This document shows positions 9,240-19,824 of a stretch of DNA of 64,000 nt, piece after piece. The notes under the pieces were generated by a model. The model made no database searches. It saw nothing but the letters and a program-made list of their open reading frames with translations, and was not told the DNA's origin. The first letter of the stretch is position 1. Each line of letters begins with the position of its first letter. The position numbers were made by a program, and so were the translations under genes. Location of the stretch: NCBI GenBank assembly GCA_017935865.1, contig JAGBGT010000011.1:5461-69460 (forward strand), written 5' to 3'. Source of the DNA: Ruminococcus sp. Lineage in GTDB: Bacteria > Bacillota > Clostridia > Oscillospirales > Ruminococcaceae.

Positions 9240-9539
9240 ATGAGTAATGATAATTACAGATTCTTTTTGTTTCTGGTATTGCAGAGAAAACACTTTGAGA
9301 TAGCGGATTTTTGGCTGATAGGCGTATTTGAAGACAAGACCGTTGCTTTTTCCAGGGCAGAAGAAATACGTAAAAAAGGGATAGATACAGCGTTAATCCC
9401 GTTGATTCCTGATGGTTCGGCTGAGTCATTGAGCGACAGCGAAGTTGAAACATTGTTTCATATGTTCTATGGAATCGGTGCAAAGCCATACTGCGGAGAC
9501 AGCAGCGATATAGTCTCTATACTTCGATACATTGAGTGA
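9240..9539 (+). CDS. Hypothetical protein (99 aa)
   Basis: AAGGAG RBS and plausible length; no motif recognised. Confidence 0.45.
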   Translation: MSNDNYRFFLFLVLQRKHFEIADFWLIGVFEDKTVAFSRAEEIRKKGIDTALIPLIPDGSAESLSDSEVETLFHMFYGIGAKPYCGDSSDIVSILRYIE

Positions 9540-10279
9540 CAAACGAAACGCAAATCCCAGAATTGATCTGAAAAGAGATTCGTTTCGAGATACTCACTGT
9601 TATATAACATATCACCTATCATTACAGAAACTTTTCAAGAAACCGAATGAACAGAGATGGCGATGCAGACAGATTATGATACATTAATAAGGACAATTCA
9701 GTAATTCAGCAAAACTACAGATGTCAATGAAACAGAGATTTTAAGAGAAATGCAGTATGACACAATATATAGTAACATAGAGATTGCCGAACCTGTATAG
9801 GATTTGTCGGATGTAGATTAAGCAGTAATTTCAGTATGCAGTCAAACCGTATATTAGCTGTCAATTTAGAAAGTGACCGTATTGAGATAATTCTGAGCAT
9901 ATAGCAAAAATGCCATTGCTGATATCAGTCATGGCACTTTTTGCGGATATTAAGTTTTGCAGAATAAGGGTATCGGATATGTGATTTTCAGAATTACAGT
10001 ATGAGCGTGATTTTTCGAGTTGGCTGAAATGGGGTATTTCAGGAAGCTTCTGCACATTGCAGAAAAGGCATGCATTTCCACAGTATGTGCGAAAATTTCA
10101 GGCGAAAGAGCTGTCATGAAGTTTCTATGGCTCGTGAAAGTTAATTTGAAATTTTTCGTGCAATGCTGTGAAGATGCCGAAAATCAACGAAAGATTTTAC
10201 AAATATACGCCGTTCATATTGAACAAGAGACGGCATTGTGATATAATGGTAGGTACAAACAAGAAAGGTCGGTGAAATC

Positions 10280-11641
10280 ATGACAGATACAGAAATTGCA
10301 AAATTGATCGCACAAAAGGCATCAGAACTGGGCGGAGAGGTCTATTTGGTAGGCGGTTGCGTCCGTGACAAGATTTTAAATCATGAGAATAAGGATATTG
10401 ACATTGAGATTCATGGTATTACGCCAACGCAGTTGGAACAGATTCTGGATTCTGTCGGCGAGTGTATCAAGATCGGCAAGAGTTTCGGGATATACGGCTT
10501 AAAGGGGTATTCCATAGATATTGCACTCCCCCGTACTGAACGGCTGATCGGTACGGGGCACAGAGATTTTGAAGTAACTGCCGACCCTTTTATGGGTATT
10601 TATGAAGCGGCAAGACGGAGGGATTTCACGATCAATGCCTTAATGGAGAACGTCCTCACAGGCGAGATCATCGACCATTTCGGCGGACAGACGGACTTGC
10701 AGAAAGGGGTACTCCGTCACATTGACGATTCCACCTTTGCAGAAGACCCTCTGCGAGTTCTCAGGGCGGCACAGTTTGCGGCAAGATTTGATTTTTCAAT
10801 CACAGCCGAAACTGTCGCGCTTTGCCGTTATATCGACTTATCCGCACTTTCGGGCGAACGCATCATGCTGGAAATGGAAAAGGCTCTGCTGAAATCGGAC
10901 AGACCGTCCGTGTTCTTTGAGCAGATGAAGCGTATGAACCAACTGGATTTCTGGTTTCCCGAATTGAAAGCACTCATAGGACTTCCCCAGAATCAGGAGC
11001 ATCACCGTGAGGGAGATACATGGACGCATACGATGATGGTACTGGACGAGGCTGCAAAAAGACGGAATATCGTGCAATATCCGCTGGGATTCATGTTATC
11101 CGCACTCTGCCATGATTTCGGCAAGGCAGTCTGCACAACGGAAGTGAACGGCGTTATCCACTCCTACAGCCACGAAACAGAAGGACTTCCACTTGTACAG
11201 CGATTTCTTGAACGCATAACAATGGAATCGAAGCTGATAAAATACGTTCTGAACATGACAGAATTGCATATGACTCCCAATATTATGGCAGGTGCAAGGT
11301 CAAGGCTGAAATCCACCAACAGGCTGTTTGATTCCGCAGTCGAGCCGTTTGACCTGATACAGCTTAGTATCTGCGACAGTCTTGGAAAAATTCCGCAGCG
11401 TAACGATTCGGAAGAATTTCTGATGCAGAGATACCATAAATTTCAGGAGATCATGGCAAGACCCTATGTCATGGGCAGAGACCTGATTGAAGCAGGTTTA
11501 AAGCCCTGCGAGCAGTTTTCAGAGATTCTTGCATACGCCCATAAACTGCGGCTTGCAGGCTGTGATAAGGAGAATACGCTCCGACAGTGCATTGCTTATG
11601 CGAAGAAAGTTTTAAAGGTGAACAGCGATGAAATTGAATGA
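10280..11641 (+). CDS. tRNA nucleotidyltransferase / poly(A) polymerase family with HD domain
   Basis: VGGCVRD..DIDI, RRDFTINA, EDPLRVLRA..FAAR, ERI..E, H.EGD...HT, HDFGK. Confidence 0.9.
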   Translation: MTDTEIAKLIAQKASELGGEVYLVGGCVRDKILNHENKDIDIEIHGITPTQLEQILDSVGECIKIGKSFGIYGLKGYSIDIALPRTERLIGTGHRDFEVTADPFMGIYEAARRRDFTINALMENVLTGEIIDHFGGQTDLQKGVLRHIDDSTFAEDPLRVLRAAQFAARFDFSITAETVALCRYIDLSALSGERIMLEMEKALLKSDRPSVFFEQMKRMNQLDFWFPELKALIGLPQNQEHHREGDTWTHTMMVLDEAAKRRNIVQYPLGFMLSALCHDFGKAVCTTEVNGVIHSYSHETEGLPLVQRFLERITMESKLIKYVLNMTELHMTPNIMAGARSRLKSTNRLFDSAVEPFDLIQLSICDSLGKIPQRNDSEEFLMQRYHKFQEIMARPYVMGRDLIEAGLKPCEQFSEILAYAHKLRLAGCDKENTLRQCIAYAKKVLKVNSDEIE

Positions 11642-12656
11642 GATAAAGAAAGCAGTTGCAGGAGAATCCTACGAGTTTCTCCGCAGCAATGCACATCTGG
11701 GCAGTCATATCATTCTGCTTGGTCTGGGCGGTTCTCATGCATATGGAACGGAAACGGACTCCTCAGACCTTGATGTAAGAGGCTGTGCGCTCCGCAGTAA
11801 GCGTGAGATTCTGTGCGGTGAGGATTTTGAACAGGTCACAAATTCTGTAACAGATACTACGATATATTCTTTTAAAAAGCTGATACATCTGCTGACAGAG
11901 TGCAATCCCAACACGATTGAGATTCTCGGCTTGAAGCCTGAGCATTATCTCTATTTGTCCGATATCGGTCGGGAACTGCTGAACAACAGGAAGATGTTTC
12001 TTTCCCAAAAGGCAGTCAATGCATTTGGTGGCTATGCGACGGCACAGCTCCGCAGGCTTGATAACAAATCCGCCAGACTTGCAGAGCAGTCCGTACAGGA
12101 AGAGCACGTTCTGAACAGTATCCAAAATGCTTCTCTGAGTTTTCCGGAGATGTATTTCAGCTATCCCGAAGATGCAATACAGATGTACATTGACGATGCG
12201 GTCGGTGACGGTTTGGACAAGGAAATCTTCATGGATATTTCCCTGTACCACTATCCCCTCCGTGACTATAAGGAGATGTGGAACAGAATGTCCGATATCG
12301 TGAAAGATTACAGCAAGGTCGGCAAGCGGAATCAGAATGCGATCAGTCATAACAAACTTGGCAAGCACATGATGCACCTTGTCAGACTGTATCTGATGTG
12401 TATTGATATTCTGGAAAAGGGCGAAATTGTAACGTACCGTGCGGCGGAACACGATATGCTGATGGATATCCGCAATGGAAAGTTCCTCGATTCCAACAGA
12501 CAGCCGACTGAGGAATTTTTCGAGTTGGTTGAAAGTTACAAGGCAAGACTGGAGTATGCCAAAGAACATACAGATCTGCCCGATCAGCCGGATTACAAGG
12601 GTATCAAGGAGTTTGTAATGTCAGTCAATGAACAGGTAGTGATGGACAATGTTTAG
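11628..12656 (+). CDS. Pol-beta superfamily nucleotidyltransferase (RlaP/Nuc-transf-like)
   Basis: GGSHAYG....SDLDVRG, NPN.IE, K.MMHLVRL; translationally coupled to the upstream gene. Confidence 0.8.
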   Translation: MKLNEIKKAVAGESYEFLRSNAHLGSHIILLGLGGSHAYGTETDSSDLDVRGCALRSKREILCGEDFEQVTNSVTDTTIYSFKKLIHLLTECNPNTIEILGLKPEHYLYLSDIGRELLNNRKMFLSQKAVNAFGGYATAQLRRLDNKSARLAEQSVQEEHVLNSIQNASLSFPEMYFSYPEDAIQMYIDDAVGDGLDKEIFMDISLYHYPLRDYKEMWNRMSDIVKDYSKVGKRNQNAISHNKLGKHMMHLVRLYLMCIDILEKGEIVTYRAAEHDMLMDIRNGKFLDSNRQPTEEFFELVESYKARLEYAKEHTDLPDQPDYKGIKEFVMSVNEQVVMDNV

Positions 12657-12708
12657 GAACAATAAAAAACCGCATTCACTCCGGATGCAGAGTAAATGCG
12701 ATTTATGA

Positions 12709-13047
12709 TTATCGTTTTGCAAGACCGTCCAGATAGGCTTGAAACAGCTGTTTGTCCGACTTGCAGAGCGTGCGGTATGTTTCGATGATATCACGCTCGT
12801 CAGTTGACAGCATATCAGAGTTTGCAATAATAGGGGTATCAGGTTCAAAGAACTGAGACAGCGTGATCTGAAATCCGCTGCATATTTTCTCCAGTGTCAG
12901 AACGCTGGGAATGGTGTTCCTCACAAAGATATTATTTAAAGACGAATATGCAATGTCAGACTCCTTTGCAAGACGGTATATCGTCCAGTTACGCTCCTTC
13001 AAGAGCTGATTCATACGCTCAGTCACGAAATTTGATTCTAATTCCAT
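12709..13047 (-). CDS. XRE-family transcriptional regulator
   Basis: WTIYRLAKESDIAYSSLNN...PSVLTLEKIC..F.I.LSQFF. Confidence 0.85.
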   Translation of the reverse strand: MELESNFVTERMNQLLKERNWTIYRLAKESDIAYSSLNNIFVRNTIPSVLTLEKICSGFQITLSQFFEPDTPIIANSDMLSTDERDIIETYRTLCKSDKQLFQAYLDGLAKR

Positions 13048-13238
13048 AGTGCTTTTGCTCCTCACTTTCGTAATAGTCTTTACTATTATTGTAGAGCAAA
13101 TCAGGATATTCGTGTAGATGTAAAGTTGAGTGATATTTTTTAGTTCTCATTATAGCAATGTCTTGAAAAGTTCGCTGGTATGTGGTATAATTGTTAAATA
13201 AGAAGTTGGTAGAATTTGAATTATTTGAGGAGATAAAA

Positions 13239-13691
13239 ATGAGTTTTATAAGACCTGCAACACCGAAAGATGCTTCCCGTATCGCCGAGATTATTGTTAC
13301 CAATTACCGTATCAATTTCTATCCATTCTTTCACAATGATCCATATTATTTTGGGGAGTTAAATGTTATTGATACTGCATCTGAATATATGAAAGATTCG
13401 CCAGCTTTACAAAACACTTTTGTTTTTGATGACGGTGTTGTAAAAGGAATGATTCGTATAAATGGAGATGAAATTGAAAAGCTCTATGTAGAACCGCAGT
13501 TTCAAAACCAAGGCATCGGTGTTACCCTGTTGAACTATGCCGTTCATAAGATGAATACAACGTGGCTGTGGGTATTGGAATACAACACAAGAGGACGTGC
13601 GTTTTATCAAAGAAACGGATTTGAGCTGACCGGTGAAAAGATGATCGAAGATGAATGGATTCCGCTGCTGAAAATGAAGCTTACTACATAA
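13239..13691 (+). CDS. GNAT acetyltransferase
   Basis: IEKLYVEPQFQNQGIG, LWVLE.N.R...FY...GF. Confidence 0.85.
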   Translation: MSFIRPATPKDASRIAEIIVTNYRINFYPFFHNDPYYFGELNVIDTASEYMKDSPALQNTFVFDDGVVKGMIRINGDEIEKLYVEPQFQNQGIGVTLLNYAVHKMNTTWLWVLEYNTRGRAFYQRNGFELTGEKMIEDEWIPLLKMKLTT

Positions 13692-13704
13692 AAAGGAGAC
13701 AAAT

Positions 13705-14226
13705 ATGATACTTGAAACAGAACGATTGTACCTGAGGGAGATGAATCAGGCGGATTTCAATTCTTTGTGCAGCATTCTGCAAGATGAAAAGACAATGTAT
13801 GCCTATGAGGGCGCATTCAGTGATAGCGAAGTACAGGAATGGCTTGACAGACAGATTGCCCGTTATCAAAAATGGAATTTTGGCTTGTGGGCAGTGATTT
13901 TAAAAGAAACCGATGAAATGATAGGTCAGTGCGGATTGACAATGCAGCCGTGGAAAGATACTGAGGTGCTTGAAATAGGGTATCTTTTCAACAAGTCATA
14001 CTGGCATAAAGGTTATGCCACAGAAGCTGCAAGGGCTTGTAAAAAATATGCTTTTGAAGTTTTAAAGGCAGATGAAGTTTGCTCTATCATCAGAGATACA
14101 AATATTGCTTCTCAAAATGTAGCCGTCCGAAATGGTATGACCATTACGGATAGCTGGGTCAAACATTATCGAGGGGTAGATATGCCGCATGATCGTTATG
14201 TTGTAAAGCGAGGAACGAGAACATGA
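13705..14226 (+). CDS. GNAT acetyltransferase (RimJ/RimL type)
   Basis: LETERLYLR, EIGY....WHKGYATEA, N.ASQ.V. Confidence 0.9.
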   Translation: MILETERLYLREMNQADFNSLCSILQDEKTMYAYEGAFSDSEVQEWLDRQIARYQKWNFGLWAVILKETDEMIGQCGLTMQPWKDTEVLEIGYLFNKSYWHKGYATEAARACKKYAFEVLKADEVCSIIRDTNIASQNVAVRNGMTITDSWVKHYRGVDMPHDRYVVKRGTRT

Positions 14227-15005
14227 AACAATACATAGTTGATGCATTTACAAGCAAGCCGTTTTCCGGAAATCCAGCAGCCGTATGTATCATGGATAAA
14301 TGGCGTTCTGAAGAGTCTATGATGAAACTTGCCATGGAAAATAATCTTTCCGAGACTGCATTTATTGTGAAAGAAGAAACCGGGTATCATCTGCGTTGGT
14401 TTACACCGGGAGCAGAAGTTGAATTGTGCGGTCATGCTACACTGGCATCAGCGTTTGTAATCCTCAATTTCTATGAAAAGGGAGAAAATGAGGTTAGATT
14501 CAATACACTCAGCGGCGAACTAATTGTTAAGCGTAAAGGAAACCTCTATGAAATGAACTTCCCTACTTATGAACTTCGTGAAATTCCGGTAACAGATGAA
14601 ATGGAAAAAGCTTATGGTACCAAACCGATTAAAGCCGTTTTAGGGTTAGACCTTGTATGTGTCTTTGAAAATGAAGAACAGGTAAGGAATATGAAACCAG
14701 ATCAGAATCTGCTAATGCAAATCCCGGGCAGAATTCAAAATGCAACAGCAGCAGGTGTAGAAACAGATTGTGTTTCAAGGAGTTTCGGTCCGAAATATGC
14801 TGTTTCTGAAGATCCGGTATGCGGCTCGGCACATTGCCAGATTGCAGATTACTGGTCAAATGTGTTGGGAAAGAAAGAGATCTATGCCTATCAGGCTTCG
14901 AAGCGTGGCGGATATTTACATTGCGAATTGCTCGAAAATAATCGTATTTTGCTTTGTGGTGAAGTTGTATTGGTGGCAATTTCAGAAATCGTTGCAGAAC
15001 TGTAA
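14223..15005 (+). CDS. PhzF-family epimerase/isomerase
   Basis: VDAF...F.GNPAAV, NLSETAF, EV.LCGHATLA, EDPV.GSAH. Confidence 0.92.
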   Translation: MKQYIVDAFTSKPFSGNPAAVCIMDKWRSEESMMKLAMENNLSETAFIVKEETGYHLRWFTPGAEVELCGHATLASAFVILNFYEKGENEVRFNTLSGELIVKRKGNLYEMNFPTYELREIPVTDEMEKAYGTKPIKAVLGLDLVCVFENEEQVRNMKPDQNLLMQIPGRIQNATAAGVETDCVSRSFGPKYAVSEDPVCGSAHCQIADYWSNVLGKKEIYAYQASKRGGYLHCELLENNRILLCGEVVLVAISEIVAEL

Positions 15006-15105
15006 ATTTTTGTTTATTATACTATGAAATAAAAAAGTAGATGTGTGATGGAAATATTAAGCATAAGTTTGATTCATCAGATTTATAGAAAAAGGCGGAG
15101 AAAAT

Positions 15106-15612
15106 ATGTACTTATTTGGAAATGTTAATGTGACAGAACTTTTTAATAACGATAGTGATTATGGTAAGGAATATAAATTCGATTCTTTAACAGATGAATC
15201 GATCAAAAGAGCGGAAGAATCTTTAGGATATAAACTGTCAAAATCCTATATAGAATTATTAAAAGTTCAGAATGGCGGAGTTATCGATGACAAATATGAC
15301 AAAAGCTGGTTATCAGTCATATACGGAATCGGTTCAGCTCAGGATTCTTTCAATGGATTGGAAGAAATGTTTGAAAACTGGAGGGACGAATGGGAATATC
15401 CTGACATAGGAATCCCTTTTGGAGAAACTCAGTCTGCCGGTCATGATATGTATTACATGGATTACAGAGCAGTTGATGAAAACGGAGAACCTCGAATTGT
15501 AAGGATAGATAACGAACAGGATAACGCCGTTTATTTTGTTGCTGATAATTTAATGGCATTTTTAGAAATGATATATGAAAATCAGGAGATTCAGGAAAGA
15601 CTGATCAAATAA
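15106..15612 (+). CDS. SMI1/KNR4-family (SUKH) immunity-like protein
   Basis: I..AE..LG.KL..SY..LL...NGG; WEYPDIG..SAGHD...DYR...GEP. Confidence 0.85.
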   Translation: MYLFGNVNVTELFNNDSDYGKEYKFDSLTDESIKRAEESLGYKLSKSYIELLKVQNGGVIDDKYDKSWLSVIYGIGSAQDSFNGLEEMFENWRDEWEYPDIGIPFGETQSAGHDMYYMDYRAVDENGEPRIVRIDNEQDNAVYFVADNLMAFLEMIYENQEIQERLIK

Positions 15613-15625
15613 CTGCTTAAATAGA

Positions 15626-15775
15626 TGCCACACCTGCGGCTGCAAAAGCTGCTGCAAGCACGTTCTGACCAAAAGCAAATAAAGATTGTATTCTAAAAAT
15701 AAAACCTGTTCAGCTTTGCTGAAACTGATAGTATGAATCGAATGAAACCGCAGTATCGAAAGATGCTGCGGTTTC
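15626..15775 (+). repeat. Diverged copy of 4742-4883 (3' end of the XRE gene plus its terminator)
   Basis: CTGCGGCTGCAAAAGCT.CTGCAAGCACGTTCT.AC.AAAAGCAAATAA...CCTGTTCAGCTTTGCTGAAA...GAAACCGCAGTATCG..AGATGCTGCGGT present at both sites. Confidence 0.85.
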
Positions 15776-15858
15776 TTTATTGGAACGAATATCCCGGACA
15801 ATATCCCTATTCTTTTGAGAAGTAATTTGGTATAATGGGAAGAAAAGGAGTTGGTAGT

Positions 15859-16191
15859 ATGAGCAATCATCAAAACTGTAAGTTAATTTATTTCCGCCAA
15901 TATTCTGATTTCTGTTTTCAGGTAGGGGAAGATTTTACGGTCAGAGTTTCTGAGAATCAGGAGGGTCAGACAGAGATCATTGTGGGGTATTCCGGGATTT
16001 CACGCAAAATAGCCGTCTTTCAGCAATGTGCATTGGAGGTGTTCCGTGAGTTATCTCCTACCGACTGGATATGCGGGAGTTCGGGGTATCTCATATGGCT
16101 TTATCAACAAGGTCAGTGCATTATTTGTCAGAATATGGGTAACTTTCTCGAAAAAATACGAAAAAAAGTATTGACTTTATTTCTATATTGA
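15859..16191 (+). CDS. Hypothetical protein
   Basis: AAGGAG RBS and upstream TGGTATAAT; no motif recognised. Confidence 0.5.
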   Translation: MSNHQNCKLIYFRQYSDFCFQVGEDFTVRVSENQEGQTEIIVGYSGISRKIAVFQQCALEVFRELSPTDWICGSSGYLIWLYQQGQCIICQNMGNFLEKIRKKVLTLFLY

Positions 16192-16254
16192 GTTATAATG
16201 TAAGTGATTCTGTTGAGAAGCAGTTCAGATATGAAATTAAGGAGAGGTTCAGGT

Positions 16255-17103
16255 ATGATTTGTAAAAAATGCGGAGCAGAGATTAAAAGCGAGGCGAGAT
16301 TTTGCCCTAAATGTGGAGAGTTAGCGACAGCATCACCTTCACAATCAAACGTGTCCAATGGCGGTACAGCCAAAACTTTGAGTGCAAAAATTCAATCAAA
16401 GGCTTCGATTATTTCATCACTTTGCATTGTATTTTTTTCACTTAAAATGATTACATCAGGTTTTGATAAATACGGTATTAATTTTAGGGGTATCTTGCTT
16501 ACGAGTTTGGTATGTTTTGCTATATGGCTTTATTGTACAATTTTGACTGTGAAAGAATTAAAAATGACCTTAAAAAGTAAGAAAAATCCACAGCATATGT
16601 GTCCGAAATGTCAGAAAGAAACACATCATAACAAATATGGTGTTTGTGATACTTGTAAGTTGGATTCCATTTCAGATGCCAAGTTTGCTTTGGTGAGTGA
16701 TGTATTGTCTGCAATTTTATTCTTTATTGGAATAAGCACAATAAATAGATCTCGAGATACATTTTTGATCATGTTGATTATCATCTGTATTCTTAATGCA
16801 CTGTGCATTCTGTCTGCAATCTATATGTATCCTGCCAAACTTGCAAGACGTACCGAGCATACCGCAGCAACCGCAATTTTCTGGTTGAATATCTTCTTTG
16901 GCTGGACATTCCTTATGTGGATTGTACTTATGATCTGGGCAAGCAACGGCAGAAGTGAAAAAACTGTAATCGTTCAGCAAAATGCAGTACCGCGAAAATT
17001 TACCCAAGAAAGCTTTGAGGAGTTGAAACGTCTGAAAGATATGGGTATGCTGACGGACGAGGAGTTTGAAGCAAAAAGAAAAGAGCTTTTGACAAGAATA
17101 TAA
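16255..17103 (+). CDS. Zn-ribbon membrane protein with a T4 Imm-like superinfection-immunity domain and C-terminal SHOCT
   Basis: CKKCG...FCPKCG; YMYPAKLA..H....IFWLNIFFGWT..MW...MIWA; EELKRLKDMGMLTDEEFEAKRKELL. Confidence 0.7.
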   Translation: MICKKCGAEIKSEARFCPKCGELATASPSQSNVSNGGTAKTLSAKIQSKASIISSLCIVFFSLKMITSGFDKYGINFRGILLTSLVCFAIWLYCTILTVKELKMTLKSKKNPQHMCPKCQKETHHNKYGVCDTCKLDSISDAKFALVSDVLSAILFFIGISTINRSRDTFLIMLIIICILNALCILSAIYMYPAKLARRTEHTAATAIFWLNIFFGWTFLMWIVLMIWASNGRSEKTVIVQQNAVPRKFTQESFEELKRLKDMGMLTDEEFEAKRKELLTRI

Positions 17104-19241
17104 TGGGGGTATACATGAATAAGAAAATTTTTGCCGTAATATCGGCATTGACATTGGCGATATCAGGGGTACTGTGTGGATGCGGAGCAGACAGCAGTTC
17201 CCAGAAATCCAAAACTAAAAAGATTGTAGAAAATGATGCGAGTGATTTCAAATGGCGTGAATTTACTGCCGAAGAAGCTCCGGAAGTTCAAGGCGGTATT
17301 CTGATTACCGGATATGTCGGAGAAAGAACAGATGTTGTCATTCCGAAATCCATTCAGGATAAACCTGTTGTTGCGATTGATGATTATGCTTTTTGCCCTT
17401 ACACTGAGGAAGATTTGACATATAACCATAGCGGCGATAATGATTTAGATCCTGAAGAGAAGCTTTTTGAACTTGCTGGAGCAGATGATTATGATACGTG
17501 GTACGAAAAAAATTCTGATGAGTCATTAGGATCAATGGCAGACATACAGTATGCATTTTATACTTACAGAGATGAATTGCTTCATAAATATCTTGAAGGT
17601 CATGAATCTGTGTCCGATATCCAAAGCATCATGATTCCGAATACTATTGAAGTGGTGGGAAAATTAGCTTTTGGTTTCTGTGACTCTTTGGAAACGGTTG
17701 AGGTATATGGTACGGATGAGAGTAAAACGCCGTCAGTTCAGTGCTACTATACTCCCTTTTTCAATAATTCCAAATTGAAATCGTTTAATTTTTACCTTGC
17801 ATCAGAAAGAGGCTACGGTAATAATGATTTTTTTGAATATTGTACAAGTTTGGAAGATGTATATCTTTACCCAACTGATGAAGACTATGTAAGCCTGAAT
17901 TGGCTGGAAGCACCTGAAAATATCAATTCCATTCACATTGCAGACGGAACAACAAGCCTGTCCGGTGTAAGCAGCAATCCGGATTCATATGATACTACTG
18001 ATCCGGTTCTGACATATGGTAAATATTCGAATATCATATTTGAGAAGAGCGTTTCAGAAATTTATCTGCCGTCCAGTCTTTCTGATATTTCAAATCACAC
18101 TTTCTGTACACACATATCTACAGAACTCAGTAAGCTTAAACGTTCAGAGATTGAGGAAATGGAGTGTCCTGACCACGCAAGCGTAATTGTGATTGCTCCC
18201 GAAGGTTCTTATGCAGAGAGCTATGCTAATGATCATGGCATAAGTTGTGTGAATTCCGAAGATGAGATCACAAAGAAAATGAGAGAAGCCCAGCAGACTA
18301 ATCACCAAAAGCAATATGAAGAAGCCCTTGCACGTATGGAGATAAAAAAAGAATACCTTGCATTATATGAGGAAGAAAAAAATACGCAAACAGCTTCACA
18401 ATCGGCGAAAGAGGCTGCTAATTCAGCTTTGACGGAATTAGACGAGTCAGGGTATGATGTGAGTGGAACTTATATTATCTCCTCTGATGAAACTAAAAAT
18501 TTTCAGTGCAGTGATAGCATTTTGACTGATTTCAACAGAGTGATGTCTAATTATTTTCGTAACCTTGAAGCTTACGACTATTTTGTTGTTGTGAAAAACG
18601 GCAACTGCAATTATGCTGTTGTTCGTAATAGAAATCATACCGATATTGTCAAAACATACCCAGAAACAAAACTTTACAGAGGTAACAGTGAGTTCGAGGA
18701 TTTTTTGCAAGAAGATTACAGCTATGAAGATTTGTATGCAATCTGTGTGGATGAAACAGAATACAACTGGAGAAATGCATATCTTGAACAGATTAACACA
18801 ATCCCTACTAAAGCAGACATGGAGTACAGCCTCGTCTACATTGATAATGATGACATTCCGGAATTGATTATTGGCGATCCTGTGGATTCTGGAGCCGGCG
18901 GCGTGTACACATATAATAACGCTGATTCCGTAAAACTTACGGATTTAATGCTCAGATGTATCATGGATGGATATATCGAGAAAAACGGCACATTTGGAAC
19001 ATACTGGTGGTGGATCGGAGATGAAGGGTATGTCATTTATGAAATCCAAAACGGAACTGTCAATACGGTGCATTCTTTTTATGCGAATCGTAGTACCGGC
19101 GAAGATGTTTACAGCATTGATAATGAGACGGTAACGGCAGAAGAATACCAGCAAACATATGAACAATATTCCAGTCAGTTTACGGAAGTCACCTACTGTT
19201 CTTACGATGAGATCATGGAAAAACTCAATACAAACTCATAA
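17103..19241 (+). CDS. Acidic surface lipoprotein with BspA-type LRR segments
   Basis: Lipobox LCGC; ITGY.G...VVIP..I...PV.AI...AF; IP..I..VG..AF..C.SL; start may be ATG 17115. Confidence 0.7.
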   Translation: MGVYMNKKIFAVISALTLAISGVLCGCGADSSSQKSKTKKIVENDASDFKWREFTAEEAPEVQGGILITGYVGERTDVVIPKSIQDKPVVAIDDYAFCPYTEEDLTYNHSGDNDLDPEEKLFELAGADDYDTWYEKNSDESLGSMADIQYAFYTYRDELLHKYLEGHESVSDIQSIMIPNTIEVVGKLAFGFCDSLETVEVYGTDESKTPSVQCYYTPFFNNSKLKSFNFYLASERGYGNNDFFEYCTSLEDVYLYPTDEDYVSLNWLEAPENINSIHIADGTTSLSGVSSNPDSYDTTDPVLTYGKYSNIIFEKSVSEIYLPSSLSDISNHTFCTHISTELSKLKRSEIEEMECPDHASVIVIAPEGSYAESYANDHGISCVNSEDEITKKMREAQQTNHQKQYEEALARMEIKKEYLALYEEEKNTQTASQSAKEAANSALTELDESGYDVSGTYIISSDETKNFQCSDSILTDFNRVMSNYFRNLEAYDYFVVVKNGNCNYAVVRNRNHTDIVKTYPETKLYRGNSEFEDFLQEDYSYEDLYAICVDETEYNWRNAYLEQINTIPTKADMEYSLVYIDNDDIPELIIGDPVDSGAGGVYTYNNADSVKLTDLMLRCIMDGYIEKNGTFGTYWWWIGDEGYVIYEIQNGTVNTVHSFYANRSTGEDVYSIDNETVTAEEYQQTYEQYSSQFTEVTYCSYDEIMEKLNTNS

Positions 19242-19261
19242 AATAAAAGAGGTTAGGTGAC

Positions 19262-19714
19262 ATGAGTTTACGAATTTACAGAAGTGTTGATGAAGTACCA
19301 GAGGGTATTCGGGTAGTCATGAATAATAATTTGTTTTTTGATGCAAGAACTCTGATTAGAAATGATGCATTGGTACTGGATATATTGAAGTCTATCGATA
19401 AGGCTGTATACAATTCAGAATTGACGTTCATCGGAAGAACACTGGAGTTAGGTGCATTAAGTAAGTCAATGCTGAGTACAGGAACGAAAACTTTATTGAA
19501 TATTATCAGTTACCCTGACAAGTGCTTTAATGTCGTTGAATGTGGAAATAATGCATTGAAGTTTATTCCGAAGTTAAAACAAGGACATATATTATGGGAG
19601 ATGCCTGTTGTAGTGTGTAGGGACAAGCCTGAATGTGATATAGAGTATAGGGGTATACATTATACGGATTTTCACGAGTTTCTATCTAAGGTAGAGAAGG
19701 AAGAACGGCTTTAG
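19262..19714 (+). CDS. DUF4869-like protein
   Basis: IDKA...LSTGTKTLL......ECG.NA signature. Confidence 0.65.
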   Translation: MSLRIYRSVDEVPEGIRVVMNNNLFFDARTLIRNDALVLDILKSIDKAVYNSELTFIGRTLELGALSKSMLSTGTKTLLNIISYPDKCFNVVECGNNALKFIPKLKQGHILWEMPVVVCRDKPECDIEYRGIHYTDFHEFLSKVEKEERL

Positions 19715-19772
19715 CGGCATAAATTTTTTAATACATTGGCTCAGAACAGCTGCAAGTTTGCAAATTAAAAAT

Positions 19773-19822
19773 AAAACCCTCGCTTCACCCTCAACAACAG
19801 AGAGCAGAAGCGAGGTTTTTAT
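19773..19822. terminator. Bidirectional terminator between convergent genes
   Basis: AAAACCCTCGCTTC...GAAGCGAGGTTTTT. Confidence 0.6.
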
Positions 19823-19824
19823 TT

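Noticed and set aside
9540-10270. Short ORFs or a pseudogene remnant upstream of the CCA enzyme
   Set aside because: Stop-riddled, no recognisable family, no RBS support
13239-15612. Integron cassette array (GNAT, GNAT, PhzF, SMI1)
   Set aside because: Genes abut or overlap, with no attC-like repeats between them and no tyrosine integrase
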